Positions 39,696 to 51,937 of a DNA stretch of 64,000 nucleotides are shown here, piece by piece. The DNA comes from Camelus dromedarius (Eukaryota). The notes beneath the pieces were generated by a model. That model did not search any database. It was not told where the DNA came from and was given only the letters and a program-made list of their open reading frames with translations. Within the stretch, counting starts at the first letter, position 1; every line of letters begins with the position of its first letter. Location: contig NC_087437.1 in the NCBI RefSeq assembly GCF_036321535.1, positions 72,790,001 through 72,854,000 of the forward strand, written 5' to 3'. Position numbers and translations under genes: made by a program.

Positions 39696-41708
39696 ATGCC
39701 TTCTAATAGGTCTTACCTTATGCACTGAGAAGGCTGAATCAAAATTCTTCCATTAAAAAGCAATGAATGTGTCTCACTTCTAATACTTGTTTTGGACTTT
39801 TTTTTTTTTCGAAGAGTCAATCTTAAAATTTAAAAATATTCTTCATAGCAAATTATTCCCATAAACTTTTCTAGAATTAAGGAAGAAAATCTCTCATTAC
39901 AAGAATTAGCCAGCATAGTCACTAAATCTATTATTTGATGAGAGATTTTTAAAAGGCAGGTCAATAAATGGCTTTTAATTTAGAAATACTAAATAATTTG
40001 ACAACAAATATGCAGGTTGTTTTTCCTGGGAAGAATCAATAGTCCTCCCTCATCAGCCCTCTCCCATGTACCTGTTGGTATTGATATGCTGCGTTTTCCA
40101 TTTTCATCTAGTTTATATGTTTTTCTATGTTGATTTACCATTTTAGAAAAAGAATGTGACTTTTCCTATAAGTGACATAGTGGCATACAGGGCCTCCTTT
40201 TAGTTTAAGTTACATTCTGTATTTCAGCATTTAGCCCAAGAATGCTAAATTATGCTACATAAGAGGCGCTGTACACATCCCTCGGTTCTAAGCAGGGATT
40301 TTTAAATGTGTGGCACCATCAAGAGGCAAGAACTTGTACTGCCACTATAACAAGAACCCAGGGTTTTGCTCTCAAGTAGTCAGGAGCCTGCTTTTAACAG
40401 CAACTGTCACAGGCTACTGTAACACAGAATTACACTGAGACTTTGGCTCTGTGTTTCCCCAATGTGGAGTCACTAGATTATTGCTAAATGGTATTTTTTT
40501 CCCTTCCCATTCCTCTTCTACCCATTTAGCCCTCCAACTGAAGAAGAAAACAGACTGGCAGCTGTTTTTATTCTCAGTTAACTGAGGACAGTTGACAATC
40601 TCAATTTGCTAATGATTAATTCAATATTTACTGAACATCTACATTTATGCCAACAATTTGCTATTTAAAAGATAAAGATGTTATTCTCTAATGACCCAAG
40701 GCGATCTGACCATAGATAAGTCTACTTTATATTGTCCACTGGTTATAGATTTACTCTTATTTTATTAGAAATGATAGAAGTTGGGCTTAGAGAATGGATA
40801 GTTTATTTAGGTGTAGACAGTATCACTAATCTAATCCTGTGCTGTCCAATATGTTACAATTGATTTCACTTTTTTTTAAAGTTTTTTTTCAGTGTAAGAA
40901 AATCTGAAGTTACATGGTTCTCATTTACAGCTCACACTGTATCTCTGAGCTAGACTCCATAAACCATCCAAACAAGGCAGACAATGGCAGAGAGTTGACT
41001 GGCTGTTTTAAACGTAAGAGCTAAGAAAAGCAAGGCTCCACAGAAACAAATCAGTCTGAGGCTTATGTTAATTCTGAAGATCAAATCAATTAATGTAATA
41101 ATGGGCATTCCAATTCAGAATACAGGAAGTAAGTCATAATATCTAAATATCCCTTTAAAAAGTCTGAGTCACCAAGTTTATTTGGTTTGTAAACCAGCCT
41201 CTCACCCCATTTGCAGTTTAAGTGGGTCACTTCCCACTAGGGTAACCTTTTTTTTTTTTTTTAAACTAAAACTGTAGTCAGGATGTAGCAAGAGGAAGGG
41301 CCACATCAGGAAGGAGATGCCTTTCAAGTCAGATTGGGGTACAAAACAGTGTTCAGTACTTAAGCTTGCCTTCACATTTCAAACACATTCTTCTTAGGGG
41401 AAAATAAAAAAAAGATGGCTAGGCAGCAACAGACATTCTAATAACACTGTCCATTCTGCCTCCAACTAAGTAATGCTGTCCAGTGTATAGTACAGAAAGG
41501 TCTGAATGCCCAAACTGTCTTTCAGGGTCAGGAGTCACTAGGAAGTGGAGGCAGCAAGAAGCAGGTACAGAAGTAAAACACACCTACAGGGAGAGTAACT
41601 TTCACCTAACAGTGCTCACTCATCTTGGGTTCTCAAACAATTTTCCCTAATCAGAAAACTGAATTTTAAAATCTGTTTACTCTCTGATCTTTAAAATAGT
41701 ATGTGTCT

Positions 41709-42243
41709 ATTGGAGCAGAAGACCTAAATAGACATCTCTCTGAAGAAGACAGACAGATGTCCAAAAACACATGAAAAGATGCTAAACATCACTAATTGTT
41801 AGAGAAATGCATATCAAAACTACAATGAGATATCTCACACCAGCCAGAATGGCCATCACTAAAAAGTCTACAAACGATAAATGCTGGAGAAGGTGTGGAT
41901 TAAAAGGAACCCTCCTACACTCTTGGGGGAATGTAAATTGGTGCAGCCACTATGGAGGACAGCATGAAGGTTCCTTAAAAAACTAAAAACAGGCTTACCA
42001 TATGATCCAGCAATCCCACTCCTGGGCATATACCCAGAGAAAAGTGTAATTCAAAAAGACACTTGCACCCCAATGTTCATAGCAGCACTATTTACAATAG
42101 CCAAGACATGGAAAAACCCAAATGTCCATCAACAGATGACTAGATAAAGAAGACGTGGTTTGTATATACACAATGGAATACGATTCAGCCATAAAAAAGA
42201 ATAAAATAATGTCATTTGCAACAACATAGATAAAATTTTTTTA
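41709..42243 (+). mobile_element. LINE-1 ORF2 C-terminal fragment lacking the 3' UTR, flanked by a TSD
   Basis: gcagaagacctaaatagacat...ccatatgatccagcaatcccactcctgggcatatacccaga. TSD aaaatagtat(g/c)tgtct at 41693-41708 and 42244-42259. Confidence 0.9.
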
Positions 42244-45200
42244 AAAATAGTATCTGTCTTACCACCTTAGGGAGATTAAAGAAATACACATTTTGATAAA
42301 ATTTCATTTTACATTTTATACAACTCCTTAAATATGCTCAATTATACTTCTATTTAATTCTAGAATCATTAGATCTATTGTCTTCTCAGAAGTACACAAG
42401 CCTTGGCTTTGTATGATCCTGAACAGCACCAATTCTTACAAAGAATGTCACAAAAGTTTCAACAGAAAGAAAAATATCTCATCCTCACCTTTTTATTTTT
42501 AATTGAAAAGTGGAAGGGAATTTTGCCATTTCTGGAAGAGAAGGATGCATTTGTGCTGAGATATTTGCATTCTTCTGTATAGGGCTTCATTGTTACCTAG
42601 AACTAAGTGTATAAACGTAAGATGTCTGGGAACTAGGGGTGCAGTCTACAACCACAGAATAAGGAAAGCCAGGACGAATGTCATTTACTCTTTCCAAAGA
42701 CATGTGTAGAATGCTTCCCATACTCTAGTCATCTGGCTACTAAGTGAATGCACAGCAGTCAGCAAGACAGGCATGGATGGTCCCAGCCCTTTGCAACTTA
42801 AAATTCTTCGGTTGTAAAGTGCTTTTGGAGACACCATTAGAACAAAACACCTTCCAAGTTGTAGAGAATCACTGACCTAGACATTTCACCTACTCAAATA
42901 ATAAATGCCATGAAAGTGTTAATACGTGTCTTGAAAGAAAGTCAACCTTATCTTCAGGGTTGTAGAGTACGTAAAAAGCCAGAAAGCCTTACTCCATGGT
43001 GCCTCATGAGAACTGGCATCATATTACAATATGTTTGAGAAATAAATGCCAAGTGTGGCCCCACATAGTTCTAAATGGCGACAATGCTGTTTATCAAGGC
43101 ACCGCTGATGACCATCATCAGCCAGAAAGAAAATATTAGGTTGCTACAAAGCAATTTGTGGGAATCCACTGGCTCTCCACAATAGCACACAGATGCTTTT
43201 GGTAATGTAGCCAGATGAATACTCTTAATAGCAGTAGGGTTTGCTTTAAGTTTTTTATTTTCCCTTTCTCTTTTTAAAATGACTTTAACTGCTCTAAATG
43301 AACTAGAAGGCCGTCACTACCTCTGCGTTACTGGAAGGGATGCAGGTATCAAATGAGATAAAGAAAAGAACATCCCACTCCTATCTACTTTATAGTGATC
43401 TATTTCACCTTTTGAACATCTACTTTGTTAAAAGATCAGCACCCCAGCCCACTAGACGTGCCTTACCCATTACCCCTGCTTGGAAACCAGCTCAGAGCTA
43501 GGAAGTGTAAACAACCACTGACCACCGCAAAAGGACGTCCCAAGGTCTGCGAGCTAAAGGGCACACACTTCATGCACACAGACCCTTTCAATGTCTCGCT
43601 TGCACCTCGTTACTCTCAGTTTAGAATATTTTTAAACAAATCTTGATAGCCGGTTTCTAAAAATCATAACTTAAAAAAGGGCTGGCATAATGACAAAAGA
43701 AAAATTGAAAGTTGAGAGCAAAAAAGAAGGAAGAAAAATTATAAAAAACTAAACATCTCAAATAGCCCAGCAGTTGGAAGCTATTTAAAGTTGACTCACT
43801 GGATAGTTATTTCTCATTAGTAGGTCCTGGAGGTTCATGATTAGAGTGCAATCTTTCATACTCAACCTTGAGTTTTCAAATAAAGATTACACAAGTTAAA
43901 AAAAAAAACCTCAAATGAAACAATAGTATAATCACAACTAACCTAAAAAAAATACTGCAGAAATTATGTTTAGTGAACTAACTTTATCCTGCTTAATTTC
44001 CACGTCAATACATTCATTACATCTTTGGCATCTATTAATTCAACATTTGTCTAAGAGTTGGACTTATTTTTTTGAAAATTACGCTTTGACAATTTGGAGG
44101 TCCCAGTGAATTGTGCCAGTGGACACCTATAGGGTCAGTTAAACTGCACTGCTCACCAAGAATACCTCATAGGCTGGAAGCCCAGGCACGTCTTTTCTTG
44201 GCTCTTGGAGTAAATCCAAAAAGGCAGGAGAACTCTACCTTCACTGACTCACTACTCTCTGAAGTTTTTGTTTTCCTGCTCTGCACTTCTGATTCTTGGC
44301 CACGTCTGATTGAAGTTTCAGTCTGCACACAGCCAACAATTAACCCCATCAGTGGTGCAGTGACTGGGAATCTGGTTTTGCAGTCTGACCACTTGGCGAT
44401 CTGTCAGGCAGAACTGGAATCTAGCCTTGCTCAGGTGAGAGAAGGCTGAGCATTTGTCTGTCATCGTTTCTCATTTGTTTGTTGTTTTTCTTTCTGTTAA
44501 CTCAAATCAGGACAATATTTTTCACCCAGTCTCTATACCTGAGAAAAAAATCACTGTGTGAGTGAAATATTTTCCTACCTCCTGAGGATAATAATAAACT
44601 AATATAATGGAGCTCTATTATGATCGGTTTATAGAGACTAGTAAGCATTTAAATAAATCTAACATTCCCAAGATTCCAAGGGAAAAAAAAAAAACAAAAT
44701 TCTAATAATTTAAATGTGTTCTCCTTTCAAGAAAGACTTTCCTCATCAAAACTGCCGACTTCAGATGCAGTTTTTTTCTCCTTTGGAATACAAGTGCACA
44801 TGATTAAAGTGAATCCTTGCACAAATTATCAAAGACTGACCTGATTTTGGTTTAAAATCAAACTTGACTGTATTTGGCTTAAAAAACAGCTATATATCTT
44901 TGCCTTATTTTATCGGTGTACAGTATAATACAAGTGTAATTTCATTTTTAAAATAAGTTTGGATTTGTTTTATCATAAAGAAATTAGTTTATCTGAACTT
45001 CTTAAATGTTTTATATTAGCCTACTGAAAAGATAAGCTAAGATTACTTCCATATACAGTTCAAGATTTTAAAAAATGTAAAATTTGTGCTCAACTAAACT
45101 GAATTGTAATTGTGACAAATATTTTCATAGCAATAGTAATGCTGTTCTGTGATGTGTCAGCTTAAACTAAATTTCCAATATCTTTAAGTGCTTTCGTCTT

Positions 45201-45284
45201 AAGTATCTGGTTGTTCCAGAAAGTGAAAGAAGACTGTGAAGAACAAAAGTTGAAGGAAATTAAAAAATTGTAGATTTGGATGTC

Positions 45285-48146
45285 AGAGAGATCAAGAAGT
45301 CAGAGAAGGAGGATGCTGAGTGACCGCCCAAGTGAACACAGCACAACTGTATCCACAAGTGGAGTGACTCTCACTGCACACACATTGGAGGCTGGAAGAA
45401 AGGCTTATCTATAACCAAGGCTGTGAAGAAAGATCCACGTGGAGTCAGGTAGGGAGCCAGAAAGAATTAGGTCAGGGCCTGCATCTGGGAACACAGAAGC
45501 GAAGGGGGATACCATGGGATCAGGGATCCTCTCTTGAGAGTGAGGTGTTTGAGCCAAACATTGGGCACCCCAACCCTGGGGTCCAACACAGAGAAGATGA
45601 GTCCCCTTAGCTGGTTTGAAAACCGGTAGGACTTATGGGGGTGCTGTAAGAAACTGAGGCTCCACTCATGAAGAATGGGTACACACGCTCCCTTACCTTC
45701 AGGAACAAGGGGGAGGAAGCAGACTGAAAACTGCCCAGGAATCTGTTTCCTGCAACCACCCCACCCTGTCCCCTAGTCTGCACCAGGTGCCTGCTCCAGC
45801 CCCTCTTGCTCTGTTGCTGCTCGACACTGGGGCAAAGGCGCCCTTGTTGGGGGAGTGGTGCACACGTGGTGGAAGCGGAGCCAGATCTACCAGGCCCTGT
45901 CGCTGAACAGGGTGAGGGCAGGCTTGCCCGTGAGTGCTCACGAAAGCAACAAATAGGAGACAGCCCGGGGCTCTGACAGGCTTGCTGGGACTGTCCCAGC
46001 ATGCAACCCAGCCTCAACCAAGCTCCACTTCAGTCCTTCTTGCTCAGACCTGCTTTTCACTAGGGCGGAGGTGCCACTGCTGGGAAAAGTACACAATCAG
46101 AGGGAATGGAACCAGTTTGGACCAACCCAAAGGGTTTCTGCTGCAGTACCTTGGGACCTGACTGGGTGGTGTCAGCCACTGAGCAAAGGAGAAGTCCCTG
46201 TTCACAACTGGCTCTGGCTCTAGCCCCTCCATCTCCAGCCCTACTTCCCACCAAGGTGGCAGCTGACAGCACACCCTAGAGGAAGATGTGATTCATGCTC
46301 ACTTCAGATCTCTCTCTCTCAACAAGGCCAGTGGACACATGCAGAATGCATAGGGATGCTCCCCCACAAAGACACTCCTTCAAGATGACTGCAAATAGTA
46401 ACTTTTCACCTAATTCCACAGAAACAGAGACATTTAAACAAAGTGACAAGACAGAGGAATTTGTTTCAAGTGGGAGAAAGTGAAAAAAGTCCTGAAAAAA
46501 AAAAAAACCCCAATGAAACAAATAATTTACCAGATAAAGATGTTATAAGCATTAGTTATAAAAATGCCAACTGAATTTGGGAGAAGAATAGATGAACACA
46601 GTGACAGTTTTAACAAGTTAGAAAATATAAAAGAGAACCAGTCAAAGCTGAAGGATACAATAACTGAAATGAAAAATATACTAGAAGGAATTAACAACAG
46701 ACTAGGTTGTGATACAGAACAATACATAAGCCATCTGGAAGACAGAATAAGGGAAATCCCCCAATCAGAACAGCAAAAAGAAAAACAAAATGTTTAAAAT
46801 GAGAAGTTGAAGAGACCTCTGAGACAACATCATGTGTTATAACGTTCGCACTATAGGGATCTCAGAAGGAGAAGAGAGAGAGAGAGGGGAAGAAAATGTA
46901 TTTGATAAAATTATGTCTGGAAACTTCCCGAAGCTGAAGAAGGAAACAGATTTCCAAGTACAGGAAGCACAGACAGTTCCAAACAAGATAAATCCGAAGA
47001 GACTCACGTCAAGAAATTACTGCAATTAAAATGGCAAAAGTTGAAGATAAAGATGGAATTTTAAAGGCAGCAAGAGAAAGACAAGAAGTTACATGCAAGG
47101 GAATCCCCATGAGGTTATCATCTGATTTTTCTGCAGAGAATTTGCAGGTGAGAAAAGAGTGGCATGATTTATACACAGTGCTGAAAAAAACCTACAACTC
47201 AGAATACTCTACCCGCAAAGTTATCATTCAGAAGTGAAGAAGAGATAATGAACTTCTAAGACAAGTAAAAACTAAGAGTTCATTAATACTAAAGCAACCC
47301 TCCAAGAAGTGTTAAAGGATCTTCTCTAAGTGGAAATGAAACAGCTACAACAAGAAGTGAGAATTTATAGGAAAGAAAATACATAGTAAAGATTGTGGCT
47401 CAACCACTTAAGTAAGTGAACATGGAAGTTAAAAGACAAAAATGTAAAATCAACTATAACTACAACAAAAAGGTAAAGGATAGAAATGAAGATGCAAAAC
47501 ATGACATCAAAAACACAAAATGTGGGTGAGGTGACTACCAATTTAAAACAAGTAGATGGGGGGAGGGCGTAGCTCAGCAGTAGAGTGCATGCCTAGCATG
47601 TACAAGGTCTCAGGTTCAATCCCCAGTACCTCTATTAAACATACATACATACATACATACATACATACATACATACATACATAAATAAATAAATGAATGA
47701 ATGAATCTAATCACCTCCCCACCCCCACAAAAAGCAAATAAATAAAATAAGACAAGTAGATAAAGCTATAGGTCAAACATATATGAACCCCATGGTAACC
47801 ACAAATCAAAAACCTACAGTAGATACACAAAACTGAAAAGAAAGGAACACAACCATACCATTAAAGAAAATTATCAAACTACAAAGGAAGAAACTAAAAG
47901 AAGAAAAGAACAGAAAATAACTACAAAACAACCAGAAAACAAGTAACAAAATGGCAATGAGTACATACCTATCCAGAGTCACTTTAAATGTCAGTGGACT
48001 AAACGCTTCACTCAGCATTATGCTGCCTACAAGAGACTCACTTCAGAGCTGAAGTCACACACAGACTGAAAGTGAGAGGATGGAAAAAGATATTTCATGG
48101 AAGTGGAAAGGATAAGAAAGCTGGGGTAGCAATACTCACAGCAGAC
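45285..48146 (+). mobile_element. LINE-1 5' half (5' UTR, disrupted ORF1, spacer, start of ORF2 endonuclease), 3'-truncated
   Basis: ORF1p-like peptides at 46564..47237 (LKDTITEMKNILEGINNRL, NFPKLKKETDFQVQEAQTVPNKINPKR, ILKAARE...KGIPMRLSSDFSAENLQVRKEW). ORF2 start atggcaatgagtacatacctatc at 47951. GC-rich 5' UTR. Confidence 0.9.
47558..47751 (+). mobile_element. tRNA-derived SINE, Vic-1-like (camelid), with (ATAC)n/(TAAA)n tail
   Basis: ggggagggcgtagctcagcagtagagtgcatgcctagcatg...ggttcaatccccagtacctc with Pol III A and B boxes. TSD acaagtagat at 47548-47557 and 47752-47761. Confidence 0.88.
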
Positions 48147-50602
48147 CCTGTTTAATTCTCCTTCTGGCTTATACTGTTGGTTCAATTAACCACAGATTAA
48201 GCAGAGCCACTTACTCTTATCCTCACCAAGTAGTCTCAGCTTTCCTCTCATGCTTGCCTAAAGACCCTGCTTACGTTACAGAGCAGAATGTCTTTAACAC
48301 AGAAAGACAGTCTCAGAGCCTGTGGATAGAACTTTACCAGGCCCTCTTCACTCGCTATTTTGGAGAACAGACTCATGGAGAGAGGCTGAAAGAAGAGCTG
48401 ACATTACATAGACAAGTATGAGACAGTCCTACGCTTAAGCTAAATCAAATTTTCAGGACTTCTTTCAGTCCAGAAATAGATGACTTCATGAAATCAAATT
48501 AATGACCCAAGATTAGAAGAACAATTAATTACATAGAGATGTTTGAACTGATACCAGAAATCTAATTTCTCTATGTGAATATGTGTTTTGGAAAATTATT
48601 GGCATCATTTTTAATGTTGTATTTTCTGGTGGGGAAATACCCTTTCAGCGTTCATCTTGATCTATCTCTAACCCTAAACTTAGTTGACTCCAATTTCGCA
48701 AAACTAAATGAAACATTCTTCTAATGGTAGTTTGTTCTCCTTGGTCCCTCACAATTCAGGAAGAAATATTTTTTCTGAGTCACTTTACTTTTTCATGGCA
48801 AGAACATTATTTGCATGGGCTCAGTAAGAATCTGTCCTCCCTTTTACTGGGATGTAATCAGACAAACAGACTACACAACAGAAGCCAAAGCTAGAGCGCC
48901 TTATTTAAAAATAAGCCCCATTTCATCAAATATGACAAGCCCCTTATTAAGGAAAAAGAGCTATAACCTCATATCTGGAGCTAATACCCACAAAGCTCTC
49001 TCAAGAGGTTGAACTAGGATCTGTTTGTAGCTAACAGGGCACCAACCTTACAGGCAGTAAGGAAGGTCACTTCCTGGATTACCAGGAACCTTAGAAGATT
49101 TGAGAAAACTAGAGGAAAGAAAAATTCACCAATACTTTTAAGTGTTAAAGATGAAACCCAATGGATATGAACTTAAAGTATGGTTTCCTATCCTTTGAAA
49201 AGTAAATAAAAGCATTTAAGGAAGACCTCTGGAGTGATGAAAGCCACTCAAATGCCCTTCTAGATTCCTTAATCAATCATCATCTAGAAGTCAGTTCTCT
49301 GGCTTTATTAATGGTAACTGTTCAGCACAGTATAGCACTAGATCTGCTATCCATCTAAAAGAAGGCTTTTATATACTAATTAAAACTATTTCTAACCTAC
49401 GCCAATGAATCAAGCCCAAATATAATGCCTTTTTGTGACCATGAAAATCTTTGGAGACTATGATAACAAAGGAATTCTCATACTGGAACACCATCTAACA
49501 TACCCACCCAATCCTCTAGCGGTACACACATCTGTTTTCATTCACTATTATCGATTAGGATATTTGGAAACTTTGTAAGGATGGACATTAACCTATCAAA
49601 ATGTGAGTGATGCAAATAAATCTTTTTCTAAAAATTCAAGCAAACACTGTCTTGTATAGATGGAAAAAACTTCCGTTCATTATAAGCCAAAGGCTACAAT
49701 TTTATTGTCCTGTAAGGCATTAACTAGTTTTGCATGTGATTCAGAAATCTTATTCCAGCATACCTTCTAAAATACCTTTGACACCCCTATACTTCTGTAA
49801 ATCAGGTTTACCATTCTGCCACTTCCCTCATTAAGGAAATCATTAATCACTAATGAGTCAAAATAATCTAACAGGTATTCTTCCTAAAAAACATATGCTT
49901 AAAAGCAAAGGGCACAGAAAAATGCAGCAGTTTGTTCTCATTTGTTAGTAGGACTCTTCTGTTTCCTCTTTTCTTACTATTTTCAAAAATTTTTTTACAG
50001 TAAGCATAAATCCACAGGCAACTCAATAATTTTTTTTTTTTGCATCTGTGTGGTTTGGAGTCACTGTACCTATTAAGACATGTCTGAAAGGAATATGGTG
50101 CGTGTATGTGCTGTGCAGAAGAAAGCTTATGCACCATTGGGGCAACCTTTCAACTTTCCAAATAACTTGCTACACAGAAAAATTTACTGCCTAATTTCTA
50201 GTGAGTTGTGATTTTACTGATTGTATTTTATCGTATACATGCCAATTTGATGATATAAATAATACAAATCAGTGTTTTCTCATAGTTTTAAAAGAAAAGT
50301 TCATAAGACTTTCAAAGAAATTCAGTAAAATTCACAACTGCCTTAGTTAGATTTATCAAGAATTTGTACTTGTGAGACATCTTTATAGCGATTAATGTAA
50401 CATGAGGTACATGCAGGCCTTCAAAATATCCACGTGACCAATAATAGTGATCTGGGAAGAGGAAGGTTAGCAGGAGGAAATCTGGGAAGGGACACCTGGC
50501 TAGTGCATATGGAAATTCTACACGCCCATATATATCCTTGGAGTTTGTCTCCAAGAAGCTGTTCAATGAAACAGTGAGGTTAAGTGAGATGAAGAAGATT
50601 AC

Positions 50603-51937
50603 CAATCGCTCCATCTCCTGCTCCCTGAGTCTCTCCTCCCTCTGCCGCCGGTGATAATCCATCAGGTCGTCTCGTCCCGAAATGGAGCTAATGCTGCTTT
50701 TCCGTTCCCGAAGGACTGGCTGGGGGGTTCCTGAGGCCTGTCTGAGGCTGTCCAGGTCTGCATCATCAAACTCAACAGATCCACACGAGAAATTCCTCCT
50801 GGCCGCACACACTCTGTCCAGCTCTCCGGGAGGAAATGATTGACCCGGGCTGGTCCCTGAGTAGGAAGCCCTGTCAAGGTCATCAGAGGTACAGGAGGAG
50901 GTGGAGGCCAGAAGCATCTTCCGAGCCACTCGAGGACTGGCAGGGATGCTGAGGGTGGAACTCACATAAGGACTGCCCTCAGGTGCGGGGGTTTTATAGG
51001 GTAAAGCTCCTGAGCTCAAAGAAGAAAAATTCAGGTAATTGTCATTGTCTATGATGCTATGAGGTAGATCCTTTTCCCCCAGTTTCGTTCGTTTGGAGTT
51101 GCCCAGAGAGCTTCTTGGAGGCAAACTGAGAGGCGTCAGTTGGTTCTCTGTGGCCCTGTGCAACCTGGGGAGAGATCGGCTGTAGGCACCCATGTGACTC
51201 AGGCTGCTGCTCGAATACTTCCTGGTTCTTAAACTGATGTTTTCGGAAGCCGGCTCCTTGTGTCTGGTCAACTTGGGCTGAAGTGTCAGGTTGTCCTGGA
51301 TGCTTATTTTCCTGGCTTGCTTTGGGCTCGAAGGCATGCTTGCCGCCCCTGACCTGCTGATGGGCGAGGAGCCAGCATCACTCAGGGAACTTCCGTTCCA
51401 CATGGTCAGGAGCGAGCCAGACGTTTTTCGGCCTTCCAGCCCTCCCAGAAAGTAGACATTGTCGTGGGATTTATTCCTTGAGCTATATTTGGAATAGGGA
51501 GGCTTCTCTGTGAGCCTCAAGGACCTTTCAGGGTCCCGGCCAGTAAAATGATCGAAGTCCGCTCTCCCAAGTGGATATCCACTGAGAGAGGGCGAAGTGC
51601 TAAGTAAAGGAGTGGGAGGTTTCATAGAAATACTTTTGTCAGTTCCATCGCAAGAGAACTGCTTGGCTCCCTGGATTTTGGCCACAGAGGGGCTACTTCT
51701 GACACTGGTTCCCAAAGGAGAAGGACTTCTTTTAGTGGGCACAGGTTGTGAGAGGGTTAAATAGGAACCAGAATAGTCTCCATTGGCTTTAAATCTCAGA
51801 CTGGAAGAATATTTCTTTGGGCTCAGGCTCTCCATCATGTTTTGCGAATCGTTCTCTAGGAAATTCGCTGCAAAGTCTGCCTCTAAGCTACCATTCTGTA
51901 AATCCAGCTGCTTTTGCATGTGGCTCTGGTCTGCCAT
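50603..51937 (-). CDS. PHLDB2: PHLDB2 (LL5beta) first coding exon (exon 2 by human numbering), 445 codons, Ser/Pro-rich N-terminus MADQSHMQKQ...REQEMERL
   Basis: Lies inside ORF 50312..51997. Acceptor tctttacag| has a long pyrimidine tract and the exon starts at 51951. ATG at 51937 (ATTATGG), donor TTG|GTAATC, 1335 nt. Contains the LL5-family motif RERKSSISSISGRDDLMDYHRRQREERLREQEMERL. Confidence 0.97.

Noticed and set aside
47558..47635. tRNA gene
   Set aside because: It has a TSD and a simple-repeat tail, and the stems are degenerate. It is a SINE head, not a functional tRNA.
50312..50602. Read-through of the 561-aa ORF past the exon 2 donor
   Set aside because: After EMERL the peptide becomes hydrophobic and intron-like. 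The GT donor at 50602 joins in frame to exon 3 and completes the family motif.
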